Source: a virus
Lineage: Duplodnaviria > Caudoviricetes
IMG/VR virus record: IMGVR_UViG_3300006030_000029
Span: 1 to 63,309 of that record
DNA length: 63,309 nucleotides
Reading direction: 5' to 3' (one strand)
Position 1 is the first letter of the stretch, and every line of letters begins with the position of its first letter. Shown piece after piece: positions 19,001 to 28,942 of this stretch. A program made the position numbers and the translations under genes. The notes under the pieces are model-generated. The model was given only the letters and a program-made list of their open reading frames with translations. It was not told the DNA's origin and made no database searches.

Positions 19001-22000
19001 CCGGTGTTACTGAACGTCAGCCCTCGGGAGGGTCGATTCCCGAGGTTGCGTCAAGTGAAACACAAGAAACGCAGCCGTCAACTAAGGAAAATGACGCTGT
19101 TGCCAAGATTGATCGCCTAGTTTCCAGCGGTGCAAAGCCCGAGGAAATGGACAAGTTTGTGAAATCCTTGTCCGATGACGAGTTCAACGCTTTGGTCGAG
19201 AGCGAGGCATTCGATGTGGACACGAAGCTGGCAATCAAGCCAAAGGACACCTACGACGCCAAGCGTATCAAGCGCCGGAAGTTCGTTGACCAGATCAACG
19301 CCACGGCTGTCCAGTCCAAAAAGACAGCCGAGGAAATCTTCAAGGAGGAAGAAGCCGCTCTCGAACGCCAACGCAAGCTGGATGAGCGCATTCGTCAGTC
19401 CCTCAACTCCATCATCGACCCCGAAAAGACGAATATCGTCCAAGGCACCGTATCTGCCGCCGATGCCGAAGCTGCACGTCGCGTTCTTAACAACTCTGGC
19501 GAGATTCCAAACGCCTTCCTGACGCGCATCTACGCCTCACCCGAAGCCTTCTTGGCCGAGAAATCCAACCAGCGTTACTTCCCGTCCTCCTACGCACGCC
19601 TTCAAGCCGAGTCCAACATTGAAGGTCTTTTCGAGCGCGGTCAGACACTCATCTTCGCGAACAAGATCGGCGTTTCCGACTTGGACCGGCGCATTGGAGA
19701 AAACCTTGGCATCTCTCCCGAGCAAGCCGCAGCCCGTCGTGTGATTGCCCACGAAAACGGGCATCGCAGCGTGGCGCTGTTTACTGCCAGCGAGAAGCGC
19801 GAGTTTCTTGGCTACCTACGCCGCAAATACAATGACGCCCAAATCGACAACCTCGTTCGTGTTTACAGCGAGTATGCGGATTGGCGGACGAATCTTGAGA
19901 GCCGGAATGAGGCCTTGGAGGAGCTTTTCCTGAAGGACTTCGAGCGCCTTGAAAAGATTCCAACCGGAGGCATTTGGGACGACATCGTTCAATTCCTGAA
20001 GCGCGTCTGGCGTCGTCTGACCGGACGCAAAGGTGATCCTACGCTTCAAGACATGAAGGACGTGGTTCGTCTTTTGCGGAATGCCATGCGCCGGACTGCT
20101 GTTCCTAGCTTTACGACAAAGGATGGTGGCGACGTGAAGTTGAGCTACGCTGGCGAGAAGGCCATCGAGAACCTTCCCGAAGAACGTCGCCAGTTCATGC
20201 GCGATTCGCTGGATACCGCAAAGGCGATGGCTGCTGCTGGCAAAGATAGTGAAGAGATTCGCGCTGTGACTGGATGGTTCCCCGGCCCGTATGACGGGAA
20301 GATGCGGTGGGAAGTGCCGGACAACAAAGCCACAGAGTCTTTGGAGGGAACCTTTGCTGCTCGGTCAAACGCGAAAGAATCTAGCGAAGAGCAAAGACGA
20401 CGCTTGTATTTCAGCCATCCCAAAAATGTGCGTGAGTATGAGATTGAACCTTTCAAGGCTAGTTTCTTCGGTAAGAAAACGTATCGAGCTTACAAAAAAT
20501 ATGCCCCAATGGACAGCTTGCTGCGGTCCAATAGGGTTGATTTCTTAGAATCCGAACCTCTTGGAGTTTTTGCCACTGAGGCCGAGGCGCAGGCAGCGAT
20601 TGACCTTGACAAAGCTCAGTTTGAGTCGCGGAGAATGGAGGCAATTCGCAACACCTCATCTTTTGATATTCGCTTTAAGGATGTCCTTCAGCATCCCGAA
20701 CTGTTTGCAGCCTATCCAAAGTTTCAGAATGTTAAAGTCAGCATGGCTCCGGCCTTCTTTGACATCTTTCAAGGTGTTCAAGGATGGTATAACGATAAGA
20801 CGAACACCATCAATGTCACTCCGTATGCCAGCAACAAGCTATCCACGTTGCTGCATGAGATTCAGCACCTTATCCAAAACGAGGAAAACTTTGCTAGAGG
20901 CTCTAATCTAGATGAGGCATTTTCTGGTGTTTCTCAACAAGCAATCTTGGAAAAAGCAAAAGAGATAGCAGATTCGATTCGAGCACAGCAAGAGGTTCTG
21001 AAGGGATACATGCGGAACCGTCTGGCTGACCTTGATAGGGCTACCACTGCTGAAGAAAAAGAGATCGCAGATCGCGGCATTCAAACGATTGGAAAATGGT
21101 TCAATAGCGAACAAAAGACTTTAGAGGCTCTTGAGTCCGGTGATTTAGAAAAGATTTCCAATGTCGTCCAAAACCGTTATTCCGGCGAGTTCTATGAACG
21201 CGTAGCAGGCGAAATCGAAGCCCGAGATGTCCAAGCCCGTCAAAAGCTGACGCCCGAGCAGCGCAAGGCCATCGCGCCATACTCCAGCGAGAACATCGCC
21301 AAGGAAGATGCGATTGTGATGTTTGGTGGTGGCGGTGCTCAGATGAGCATGGCATCAATGTCATCTCAAGATGCCGAATACCTAGCTGCCTTGGAATCCG
21401 GCGACATGGAGAAGGCGCAGCGGATGGTCGATGAGGCGGCGAAGGCTGCTGGGTATGATACTGAGGTTTGGCATGGAACCGACGAAGATTTCACGGTATT
21501 CGGAGAGCAGAGGACTGCTTACGGGTTCTTTTTTGCACCAGATAAGCGAACCGCTGAGTATTATGGCCCTGCTCGTAAGTACAGCCTTCGCATTAACAAG
21601 CTAGCAGACTTAACTGACCCCGCTGTTTTTGATGAAGTGGCGGGCGAGGCTATTTGGTCAGACACTAAAGAGAGAAAAAAGGAAGACGTGGATGCTTGGA
21701 TCGAGTCGGTGGTTAAAGACACCCCGAACGGAAGGGCGTTTGCGGCTAACGCATTGGGCCTATCTGAGTCTGAGATGGCTGAATTCGAGTCGTTCGAGGA
21801 TATAATTTCTGAGCTTCAAAAGGAATGGGAGGGGGTCGTGGAAACCGTTGAGGCTGACTATCCCAAAGCACTCGAATCTCTCGACAAAGCAGCCCCACAG
21901 TTCAATCAAGAAGTCGAGGACGCTAGGCAAGCCCACGACAATCTTGAGCAGTCTTGGTATATGGAGTATCAAGATGACTTCATAAGGGCTGCACAAACTC

Positions 22001-25000
22001 TTGGTTATGACGGAGTGTTCATGTATGATCCAGCCGGAAGCACGGGTGGATCACCAGAGTCTTACGTCGTCTTCTCTCCCGAACAGATCAAATCCGCCGA
22101 CCCCGTTACCTACGGCGAAGCTGGAAACGTGATCCCGCTCTCACAGCGTTTCCAAGCCGCATCGCCAGACATCCGTTTCTCCCGCGTAGAATACGCCTCC
22201 GACTACTCCGCTGCATCCAGCGCAGGCGCACAGCTTGCCCGCGACACCATTTACGATGACCGAATCATCGAGATGCGCGATGCCATCCGTCGTGCCTACG
22301 AGGCCATGCCGAAGCCGAACAGTGTGGCGGTGCCGATTGGCGAGTTGTTCGCAAAGACCGAGGAACTGATGCCCGGCGTCACGCAGGACGAGTTCAGCAA
22401 CGTGCTTCAAGACCTGTTCGAGGACAACGGGGCGGTTTTGCAGGAGGGTGAGTCTGCTTTCGATGTATTCACCCCCGAAGGCCGTCGCGCAGGATTCGCT
22501 GTAATCATGCCGAAGCGTGCTGTGGCCTCGCGGGTTGAGACGGAAGGTGAGGCTGTAAAGAACTTCCAAGAAGAGATTGAGGCGATTGAGGGCAACTCTC
22601 TCAATGCTTTCTCGAAGGCTAGGCCAATGGAGGGCGCTGACGCTGAAATCTACACCGTTAAGCCTAGTAAATTCTACAAACAGGTCGCTAATGATTTCGT
22701 CAATAAGCTCATAGACGAAGGCAACTCGATTGAAAGCATCGGTGAATCCTTGTTCTCCGAAGATTTCCTTCAGGAAGTTGGCATCAAAAACAACATGCCA
22801 GCTTTGGTCATGCTTGTTGCCGTGGTCAAGGATCGCGTTTCTAAACAGTCCCGTGATACAAGCGATGGCGACACGGGCAATCTTCGCCGTGTGATCCTTC
22901 AAAAGCTGGATCGTAGACTGGCCGGTTACTGGCAGAACTTGGGGACCAACTCAGGCCGTGCTCAAGGTATTCGCAGCTACATTACCAAAAGCCCCGAGTT
23001 TAGCTGGATGTTCATCTTCGACAGGGCGAACGAAAACCTAGAGAAAGAAGGCAAGCTCGCCGCTGCCCGCGTTGCATCCGACCTGCCTCAGACCGCTGAC
23101 AACCTGCAAAAAACTGATGCCAAAGCTGGCGAAGATGCTGGTGAGCAGGTGGCGGATGATTTGGAAGATAATCAGGACGCGATTGATCTTGCCGAAGGTG
23201 AGGCAACTCTGGATCAAAAGGGCAAAACCCTTTGGGAGAAATTCAAAGACCTGATTCGTAAGCGTGGCATTGCCATGAGGGCTTTGAATGCCTTGCGTGC
23301 TGGCAATAAGGCAAAAGCCTCCATTTCCAGCGAGGAGCGGAATACCATCTCGCAAATGTCGGAGGAAGAGCTGGTTAAGTTCATCGCTGGCATCGACAAG
23401 GAAATGGCTGGTGTTTTTGACGAGTTCACCAAGACTCCAGCCACCCGCAAGAAGCGCGAAAAGATGGTCGCCACGGCCAAGAAGCGTGTGGAGCAGGGTA
23501 AGCCGATTGATGTTACATCGGTCAATACTGCGGATGTTATTGACGGAATATTCGTTGGCTTCAACGACCGCGAAAGCATAATCAATGAAGTTGGCGACAC
23601 TCTTCTCAAGGCTGCTGAACAACGCAAAGTTAAGCCGAAGCAGAAAACCGCCATTCAGGATTTGATCGCGGCAATCCGCCAAACTTTGACCGCCAACCTC
23701 AAAGGTGAGCAAATCAAAGCAGACCAACCTTCTCTTGGAAAGCTGCTTGGAAAAACCTTTGCTCAACAAGGAAGTGAGGCGGCATTGTTTGCTAAATCAT
23801 GGGAAGATGGCCGTAAAAAGGTTCGCGCCATGCTCGCTGAAATGGGTGTGGATGAGGCTAGTTTGGATGAAGAGCTTGATGCCATCATGCCGCCAACTCC
23901 AACCTTGGCTTATGCTCCTGCTGCCGCCAAGAAGGCAATCAACGTAGCCATCAAAGAGGCCGGACTCACACCTCAAGACGCCCTTTCTAATCCAGCTTTC
24001 TTCCGTGAATCCATCATGGCTAAGTTCAATGAGGCGGCTGAAAAGGATAACCTCACCGAAGAAGGATGGAATCAAAGCGGCAAGGCCTTGGCAGAAAAAG
24101 CCATCAACGAGTTCATTGACAACGCCAGAATCAAAGCTGAGAAACGCTCGGCAGAATCCAAGGCTAAGATGGAGAAAAGAAAGGTGGAGATTGCCGACAA
24201 AAGGGCGTCTCAACTCATCTACTCTGTCGAAGAGCGATTCCGCCAAGGCGAAAAAGACCTTCAGACTTCAAAGAGTGGAGACTCGATTAACAAAGCCTTC
24301 CGCGATCAGGTTAAAGACCCGGTTTCAAAATTCGAGTTCTTCCAGCGCCTAGCCAAGTTGAATGTGTCTCAGAATGTGTCTGAGCACCTTTTTAGAACAG
24401 CCGCACGCGAGAAGGCAGACCTAAAAGCAATGGAGGCATTCCGCCGCCTTGAAGGGCCAAATGCGCTGCAAACCATGCAGCGTGAAATCTCCGCGCTTCG
24501 TCCCGGCGAGCAGGCTCCATTCTCCAAGCAAATCCCGTGGCGCAAGCTGCTCTCCCAAAAGGCAGCTACGGTCAAGATTTACCGCCAGCGCATCTTCGAC
24601 ACCATATCGTCTGAGGAATCCTTTGCCGACCTTGACGATGCTCAAAAGGCCAAACTGGCAGACCTGTTGACGAAAGCATGGGAATCCAAGCGTGAAGCGA
24701 TCTTGGACCGCATGGTTAAGAATGTCATCAATCAAGAGCAAGCCGCTGGACGCCTCACCAAAGAAGGCGCTGACGCCCTCCGTTCACAGCGTCAAAAGCT
24801 GGTCGAGGACATTAACCTTGGCATCCTTGACGAGGACCGCCTGATGAAGCATCTCGCAGACAAGTTCGGCATCAAGTCGGAGTTCACCGAGGCCGAGCGA
24901 GCCAATATCGACCGCCTTCTCGACATCCTCCAAGACGACAAACTCAACGAGGTGAAGCGCAACAAGGCTGGCTATGAGCTTCTTGAGGCTCTGAGTTCGG

Positions 25001-27003
25001 CCGCGAAGATTCCAATCGCCAAATTGCTCGCTGATTACTGGGTGTCCTCCGTGCTTTCCGGCGTCAATACAGCGGCATCTATTGCAATGGCTGTGATGAG
25101 CGGTGGTTACGAGCTTACGACCGGCGCATTCCGCATACTCCGTGCCGGATTCACCAATCCGAAGGAACTCCCGGCTGAAATTGCAGCTTCGTTCAAGGCG
25201 ATGGCAGAGTTCCTCAAGGCATTCGGTCGTGAAGGCCGTCTGGCATGGCAGTATCTCGTCACTGGCGACCGGGCGTTCCTTGATCCTTCGATGAACACGG
25301 TCCTGAACGACCTGAATTACGACAGCATCGGCAAGACGGTTTCGCTGGCCGAAAAGATGGCGAAGTCCGACAAGATCATGCAGCGCGTGATGGGTATCTG
25401 GATGCGCTCTGTGAGTCGCCTTCTGACCGCTCTGGACTCGTTCAACAGCGGAGTGACGAAAGCTGGGGCGTTGCCTATTGTTTTCCGCCAACTCAATCTG
25501 GACGCGGAAAGCCTGAAGCAGGCCACCGAGAAATATAATCTCCAGCTTTACCGAGACAGGGTAATCCAGCGTGACTTTAACGGAAACAAACCAACCACAG
25601 CGCACGACAAGGCATTAGTGGACTCCTACGCCAAGGCTGAAATGATGGCAGACCTTCAAGAGTTCGGCAAATTCAGCGAGAACGCCGACTTCTTTGGTCA
25701 GCAAGGCGCGATGACTCTTGATCCGACTGGCGTTGGCGGATTCATCTACTCATCCATCAAGTCATTCACAGGTGGAGCAACCAACCGTGCTGACAAGTTC
25801 CTCGCCGAAGCTGAACTCGAATGGAAGCAAGCTGATGGCGCAGACAAGACGGCCAAAGGTCTTCAGCTTGCATTCGCCTACTTCCTTCAGTTTGGAGCCT
25901 ACAACATCGCAAACTTGGCTGGCCTTCGCTTCGCACGTTTCGCTGGAAACAAGTTCAACCAAGGATTGAGCTTCATTCCGGGGATTGGGATGCTTCGCAT
26001 GTATGAGGCGACGGTCAAAGATTCCAAGATCGAAGCCAAAGAAGCCTTCACCGACATGATTCTGCGTAATCAGACGGCTGGCCTTCTCTTTGCTATAATC
26101 GGTGGAATGGCAATTAAAGCCATCATGGACGAGCCTGACGACGAGAAGCGTGGATTTTTCTGGAACGGCGGATGGGCAAACCTCACACCGGATCGCAAGC
26201 AACAGAAGCTCGCAGCCGGTCAGAAGGAATACACCATCGGTATTCCCGGAGGTATTTCATTCAACTACCAAAACTGGCCTATCTCGCCCATCATGGCCGC
26301 GATTGGAAGCCTCTCCGACCTTGTTCGCTTCTCTCCCGAACAATGGAACGAGAAGTCCATCGCCGACCGATTGGTTTCGGCTGCCGCATCTGGCGTGTTT
26401 TCTGCCGGTGAAATTCCCGCTCTCTCCGGCTTCCAGACCCTTTTCGGCAACAACCTGTCCTCCAAAGACCCGAACGAGAAGCGCCTTGACCGATTCGCTA
26501 AGGTGATGGCTGGATGGGGTGGAGGCTTCGTGCCTCGCATCCTCAAGGACATCGACTTTATGGCCGATCCGGGGCTGCGTAAATACGAATCACTTTGGGA
26601 GCAAACAGCGTCTCATATCCCAGTTTACCGCCGCTACTCAGGCGAGGAATACTACGACATCCTCGGCAAGCAGATTGAGCGCAAGGTCTGGCCGGGATCG
26701 CGTGAGTTTATGGAGCTTGAAAGCGCCCCTGAATACCGCACTCTCGGCAAGCTAAACAGCCGTGGAATCTGGCTTACTCCCGCCAACGCCGAGCACCGCA
26801 TGGTGGGTAAGGGCCGATTCAAGCGCAAATTAACACAGGAAGAGGCTGATGCCTACTCGCTGGAAACCGGCAAGGGCTACCGCCAGATGCTACTTCGCTA
26901 CGGCAGTCGTCTTGAACAGATGCCGACAGAGCGTGCCCGCGCCTTCCTGATGGACAAAGCTGACGAGGTGCGTGACCGTGCGTTGCAGAAGATCACACGA
27001 TGA
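16015..27003 (+). CDS. Giant (3662 aa) polyvalent DNA-ejection protein with zincin peptidase(s), LPD23-like and ART-PolyVal-like domains
   Basis: Gly/Ala-rich N-terminus; HENGH; 'TGWFPGPYDGKMRWEVPD'; 'LLHEIQHLIQ...GEIEARDV'; 'VWHGT..F..F...GFFF...GYDGV...YVVFSPEQIKSADPVTY...IPLSQRF'. Confidence 0.8.
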   Translation: MATWHELTRDPEYQALSQKAKALVKQGFFQQQIANDPEYQSFSPETQKAIADDFWNTPDDTGQGYVSSMLGSAGRGFGEIVPGTVTGVGALLGSEGIQGAGESLREGLEYIAPVNPIYQDDLAMKGMNVLGTVGSIMATGGIGGAAGRGLAAEGIAAAGTQAAKQALARQAIQRGASSALYGTGFAQGAAQKAEENKRLGMEGPEAYLNLIGGGLSEVLPEMLPFGTALETASARRMLGGVDEAGKVIPGIRMSAAQEALEGGTTQSLSNLSTQLTAPEGVETPGLFEGFGEAALWEGVGGSMFGAINKLGRTPLDKQTEAQNRIATEAGAIPTNAVPEQTNEQKLAAMQAGGTTVVDPDGKTAVLVEPPKVAPTDPGIQAAKDLVTPTAAVPGAEQTAVLADEQIQQNEDLAKNIAASMPAPPTEPTVQPVKTAEAVESEVTGIEPTSSISDYDVDEVADTWLSTQPKGMAESIAKNAQQAVNENRPFFGGFVDENGDLVLGRFAAYRQALRRIGKDVDINNPIGDLQRWKKSGVKNYPIIDYVPAPLSQISSVTPSLETEMPEKPSQTITGSNGEIAPEMPVQPQAGEAMAFPPAPSLQEGGSILERAIINNPPSVSPLIQPATPQENAPDQIPDTESLRQEPEDRVESRETKKTGVSDQLLSPAAGEEKVAGSKTPKGQIVHVPGWGDRIQGVEKGSKLKLIDGSIADGTVLGRSVNGMFDMSDGSVIDTSFVSAFKPAGEKSFVNVLKKQPATSGLVEVSDSERGGTWYVPRNQWESESSLLDQVDPNNPTISKAIRPRDKLREVVASKPQQPITPQGTPTPATEGMPTSRDVGTSFQPGATGEPVQAAPPAAQAVKATAPGPVSGKKPTTLDLARQELEQARGVKPNWAPKAERFAQIYEGEDIRPEIAAKNGEALMSAIQNKQWTDLLHPDNKVSRKVWKEWTGKALPAGLKASQKAFKDFLDAAYPSSQQTTAAVKQTPAPSRKGAGAAGVTERQPSGGSIPEVASSETQETQPSTKENDAVAKIDRLVSSGAKPEEMDKFVKSLSDDEFNALVESEAFDVDTKLAIKPKDTYDAKRIKRRKFVDQINATAVQSKKTAEEIFKEEEAALERQRKLDERIRQSLNSIIDPEKTNIVQGTVSAADAEAARRVLNNSGEIPNAFLTRIYASPEAFLAEKSNQRYFPSSYARLQAESNIEGLFERGQTLIFANKIGVSDLDRRIGENLGISPEQAAARRVIAHENGHRSVALFTASEKREFLGYLRRKYNDAQIDNLVRVYSEYADWRTNLESRNEALEELFLKDFERLEKIPTGGIWDDIVQFLKRVWRRLTGRKGDPTLQDMKDVVRLLRNAMRRTAVPSFTTKDGGDVKLSYAGEKAIENLPEERRQFMRDSLDTAKAMAAAGKDSEEIRAVTGWFPGPYDGKMRWEVPDNKATESLEGTFAARSNAKESSEEQRRRLYFSHPKNVREYEIEPFKASFFGKKTYRAYKKYAPMDSLLRSNRVDFLESEPLGVFATEAEAQAAIDLDKAQFESRRMEAIRNTSSFDIRFKDVLQHPELFAAYPKFQNVKVSMAPAFFDIFQGVQGWYNDKTNTINVTPYASNKLSTLLHEIQHLIQNEENFARGSNLDEAFSGVSQQAILEKAKEIADSIRAQQEVLKGYMRNRLADLDRATTAEEKEIADRGIQTIGKWFNSEQKTLEALESGDLEKISNVVQNRYSGEFYERVAGEIEARDVQARQKLTPEQRKAIAPYSSENIAKEDAIVMFGGGGAQMSMASMSSQDAEYLAALESGDMEKAQRMVDEAAKAAGYDTEVWHGTDEDFTVFGEQRTAYGFFFAPDKRTAEYYGPARKYSLRINKLADLTDPAVFDEVAGEAIWSDTKERKKEDVDAWIESVVKDTPNGRAFAANALGLSESEMAEFESFEDIISELQKEWEGVVETVEADYPKALESLDKAAPQFNQEVEDARQAHDNLEQSWYMEYQDDFIRAAQTLGYDGVFMYDPAGSTGGSPESYVVFSPEQIKSADPVTYGEAGNVIPLSQRFQAASPDIRFSRVEYASDYSAASSAGAQLARDTIYDDRIIEMRDAIRRAYEAMPKPNSVAVPIGELFAKTEELMPGVTQDEFSNVLQDLFEDNGAVLQEGESAFDVFTPEGRRAGFAVIMPKRAVASRVETEGEAVKNFQEEIEAIEGNSLNAFSKARPMEGADAEIYTVKPSKFYKQVANDFVNKLIDEGNSIESIGESLFSEDFLQEVGIKNNMPALVMLVAVVKDRVSKQSRDTSDGDTGNLRRVILQKLDRRLAGYWQNLGTNSGRAQGIRSYITKSPEFSWMFIFDRANENLEKEGKLAAARVASDLPQTADNLQKTDAKAGEDAGEQVADDLEDNQDAIDLAEGEATLDQKGKTLWEKFKDLIRKRGIAMRALNALRAGNKAKASISSEERNTISQMSEEELVKFIAGIDKEMAGVFDEFTKTPATRKKREKMVATAKKRVEQGKPIDVTSVNTADVIDGIFVGFNDRESIINEVGDTLLKAAEQRKVKPKQKTAIQDLIAAIRQTLTANLKGEQIKADQPSLGKLLGKTFAQQGSEAALFAKSWEDGRKKVRAMLAEMGVDEASLDEELDAIMPPTPTLAYAPAAAKKAINVAIKEAGLTPQDALSNPAFFRESIMAKFNEAAEKDNLTEEGWNQSGKALAEKAINEFIDNARIKAEKRSAESKAKMEKRKVEIADKRASQLIYSVEERFRQGEKDLQTSKSGDSINKAFRDQVKDPVSKFEFFQRLAKLNVSQNVSEHLFRTAAREKADLKAMEAFRRLEGPNALQTMQREISALRPGEQAPFSKQIPWRKLLSQKAATVKIYRQRIFDTISSEESFADLDDAQKAKLADLLTKAWESKREAILDRMVKNVINQEQAAGRLTKEGADALRSQRQKLVEDINLGILDEDRLMKHLADKFGIKSEFTEAERANIDRLLDILQDDKLNEVKRNKAGYELLEALSSAAKIPIAKLLADYWVSSVLSGVNTAASIAMAVMSGGYELTTGAFRILRAGFTNPKELPAEIAASFKAMAEFLKAFGREGRLAWQYLVTGDRAFLDPSMNTVLNDLNYDSIGKTVSLAEKMAKSDKIMQRVMGIWMRSVSRLLTALDSFNSGVTKAGALPIVFRQLNLDAESLKQATEKYNLQLYRDRVIQRDFNGNKPTTAHDKALVDSYAKAEMMADLQEFGKFSENADFFGQQGAMTLDPTGVGGFIYSSIKSFTGGATNRADKFLAEAELEWKQADGADKTAKGLQLAFAYFLQFGAYNIANLAGLRFARFAGNKFNQGLSFIPGIGMLRMYEATVKDSKIEAKEAFTDMILRNQTAGLLFAIIGGMAIKAIMDEPDDEKRGFFWNGGWANLTPDRKQQKLAAGQKEYTIGIPGGISFNYQNWPISPIMAAIGSLSDLVRFSPEQWNEKSIADRLVSAAASGVFSAGEIPALSGFQTLFGNNLSSKDPNEKRLDRFAKVMAGWGGGFVPRILKDIDFMADPGLRKYESLWEQTASHIPVYRRYSGEEYYDILGKQIERKVWPGSREFMELESAPEYRTLGKLNSRGIWLTPANAEHRMVGKGRFKRKLTQEEADAYSLETGKGYRQMLLRYGSRLEQMPTERARAFLMDKADEVRDRALQKITR
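17903..18034 (+). CDS. 43-aa basic protein nested in the +1 frame of the giant gene
   Basis: MPLTKSPTRKAFVKNLKTELKAGKPKKQALAISYSVQRQAKKK*, matching the pattern of a widespread small phage protein family ('MPL..S....F..N...E..AGKP.KQA.AI.YS'). Confidence 0.7.
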   Translation: MPLTKSPTRKAFVKNLKTELKAGKPKKQALAISYSVQRQAKKK

Positions 27004-27632
27004 AGACAATCATCCGCACCATCGAAATCCCGAAGTTCACCAAGGGGCGCATCCAAGCCTTGTTTCCGGGCTACTCGCTGATCGGCGATCCGTATGGCTG
27101 GTTTTACCCTGTGGAACAAACCAAGGTGGTCGTGGTCAGCTATGGATGGTCCAGCCTGATTGAGGCCGTGAAGGCGCACATGAAGGGCAACGGCATCGAA
27201 GAACCGCTAACCTTGGAGCTGCAAATGGCCGATTTCATGTGCCAGCATGTGCCGGAATGGTGCGAGGCCATCAGCGCCGAAAAGGAGGCCAAGGTATCTG
27301 CATGGAAGATGATGAAGAGCTTTTACCGCGCCGTAGAGGCAACGTGGCATGAGGGCCAAGTCAACCAAGAAGAGGCGGACAGACGCGCTGCCATTTGTGC
27401 CAAGTGCCCGAAGAACTCGGATAAAGTCACCGAGTTTTGCATAGGTTGTTTTGCTCGAAGCCTTGTGTCGAAGGTGAATGATCTGCTTGGCAGCAAGCGA
27501 ACGGCGTATGACGAGAAGTTGAAGACGTGCGGAGCGTGCCACTGCCAACTTTCCTTGAAGGTATGGATGGCTAAGTCAGGCATGACCGACCCTGCGGTTC
27601 AGTGGGATGAGAACTGCTGGATGCGGGAGTGA
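27000..27632 (+). CDS. Cys-rich hypothetical protein
   Basis: CAKC, CIGC, CGAC and a terminal CW; ATGA-coupled to the giant gene. Confidence 0.7.
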   Translation: MKTIIRTIEIPKFTKGRIQALFPGYSLIGDPYGWFYPVEQTKVVVVSYGWSSLIEAVKAHMKGNGIEEPLTLELQMADFMCQHVPEWCEAISAEKEAKVSAWKMMKSFYRAVEATWHEGQVNQEEADRRAAICAKCPKNSDKVTEFCIGCFARSLVSKVNDLLGSKRTAYDEKLKTCGACHCQLSLKVWMAKSGMTDPAVQWDENCWMRE

Positions 27633-27635
27633 GAA

Positions 27636-28907
27636 TTACTTCTCACATGACTCCCAAGCGTCAGAATTGCGACGACGAATGGTGACACCATTCTTTTGCA
27701 GCCATTCAAAAGTAACCTGAACTGGGCCGGAAGCAGCCAAATATTCAACGCTGCTATCTGTGACGGTTAAAATGCCGTAACGCTTGCCCGCCATCAAAAG
27801 CTCGTCTCCGCAGCGAACATCCTCCGGCCCAAGCGGCACCTTCGGCTTCTTCTCGCGCCATTTGAGGACGCGGTAGGCGGTGATGCCATCGCGTTCATTG
27901 TGTGTCCACGCATCTTCATAGTTGGAGGGCCTGCTGCCTGCTCGTTCGCAATGAAACCCATTGGCTAGTTTATACTCCCACTCCTCCACCTCCTCGTCAT
28001 TCAACGGGCAAGGTCCGCCGTGCCACTCGATCCACGGGATTTCGTCGGGTTTGATTCGGTAGGTGTCCAACGGGTATTTCCAAGTAGGATGCGTGCAGTC
28101 AATCCAATGTCCGCGAATGCACCCCTGAATCACCTTCCCCTCCGCGTGCGCTTTTTTCAACTCGGCGTAGGGGTCAGAATTCGACGCCAGCAGCTTTCGC
28201 TGAAATTCAGCACCGAAAGCGCCGGGGATAGCTTCGGAGAAGACGTTATGCACGGCGACCGCTGGCTCTTTCTCGGCTGGCTGGAATGCTGCTAGGCTCG
28301 TTTCTTCTGGTGTGTCAGCGTAGCGCCAACCGATGACATCCCCTGGGGCCTTCGATCCGTCACATAGTTTCAGCTCAGACCAGCGAACAGTTTTGGGGTT
28401 GCAGTCCAACATCGAGTAAAAACTGAACATCAACACGTCAACTCTGCGCTCCTCGTCACAAGGACAAGGATCACCTGCGCGGTGCCAAGTCCATTCGTGG
28501 CCGGAGTGAGTGAAGAGAAGCGAGCGGGTGGTGCGCGTAGGTAAATGGCAAGAGGTCATCCGCGCCCCGAAGTCGAGGCCGATGCTGGACCACTTAGCTT
28601 GGGAAGGCAGAATAACTTCGTCGCCCTGTTCGCAGGCTTCCCCGTCGCAAAGCGGCCTTGTTCCGGGTGGCAGCATCTCGGCAGTCCATCCGTCCTCCCG
28701 ATGCCACTTCATTACGGGCGGTGGCGTGGGAATGGTGAACGGTTTGGGTTTCTCAACAACCGTGATGCCGGGACCAAAGCCGTATTGCTCGTAGCCTTTG
28801 GCGGCGAGTTCAGGCGTCAATTCTGCGGATTTTGGCTGCTCGGTCATGTTTCTCTCAATCCAATCAGCAGCGAGGCGGAGTTGTGCGGCGGTTTCGGAGG
28901 GTGTCAT
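27636..28907 (-). CDS. Modular Trp/Pro-rich repeat protein
   Basis: Modules 'WHRAGDPCP...VIGWRY', 'WIEWHGGPCP...ITAYRV' and 'LKKAHAEGKVIQ...YRIKP'. Confidence 0.7.
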   Translation of the reverse strand: MTPSETAAQLRLAADWIERNMTEQPKSAELTPELAAKGYEQYGFGPGITVVEKPKPFTIPTPPPVMKWHREDGWTAEMLPPGTRPLCDGEACEQGDEVILPSQAKWSSIGLDFGARMTSCHLPTRTTRSLLFTHSGHEWTWHRAGDPCPCDEERRVDVLMFSFYSMLDCNPKTVRWSELKLCDGSKAPGDVIGWRYADTPEETSLAAFQPAEKEPAVAVHNVFSEAIPGAFGAEFQRKLLASNSDPYAELKKAHAEGKVIQGCIRGHWIDCTHPTWKYPLDTYRIKPDEIPWIEWHGGPCPLNDEEVEEWEYKLANGFHCERAGSRPSNYEDAWTHNERDGITAYRVLKWREKKPKVPLGPEDVRCGDELLMAGKRYGILTVTDSSVEYLAASGPVQVTFEWLQKNGVTIRRRNSDAWESCEK

Positions 28908-28942
28908 ATCGAATCCAACCTTACGTTAATTGGTGGAGTGTG

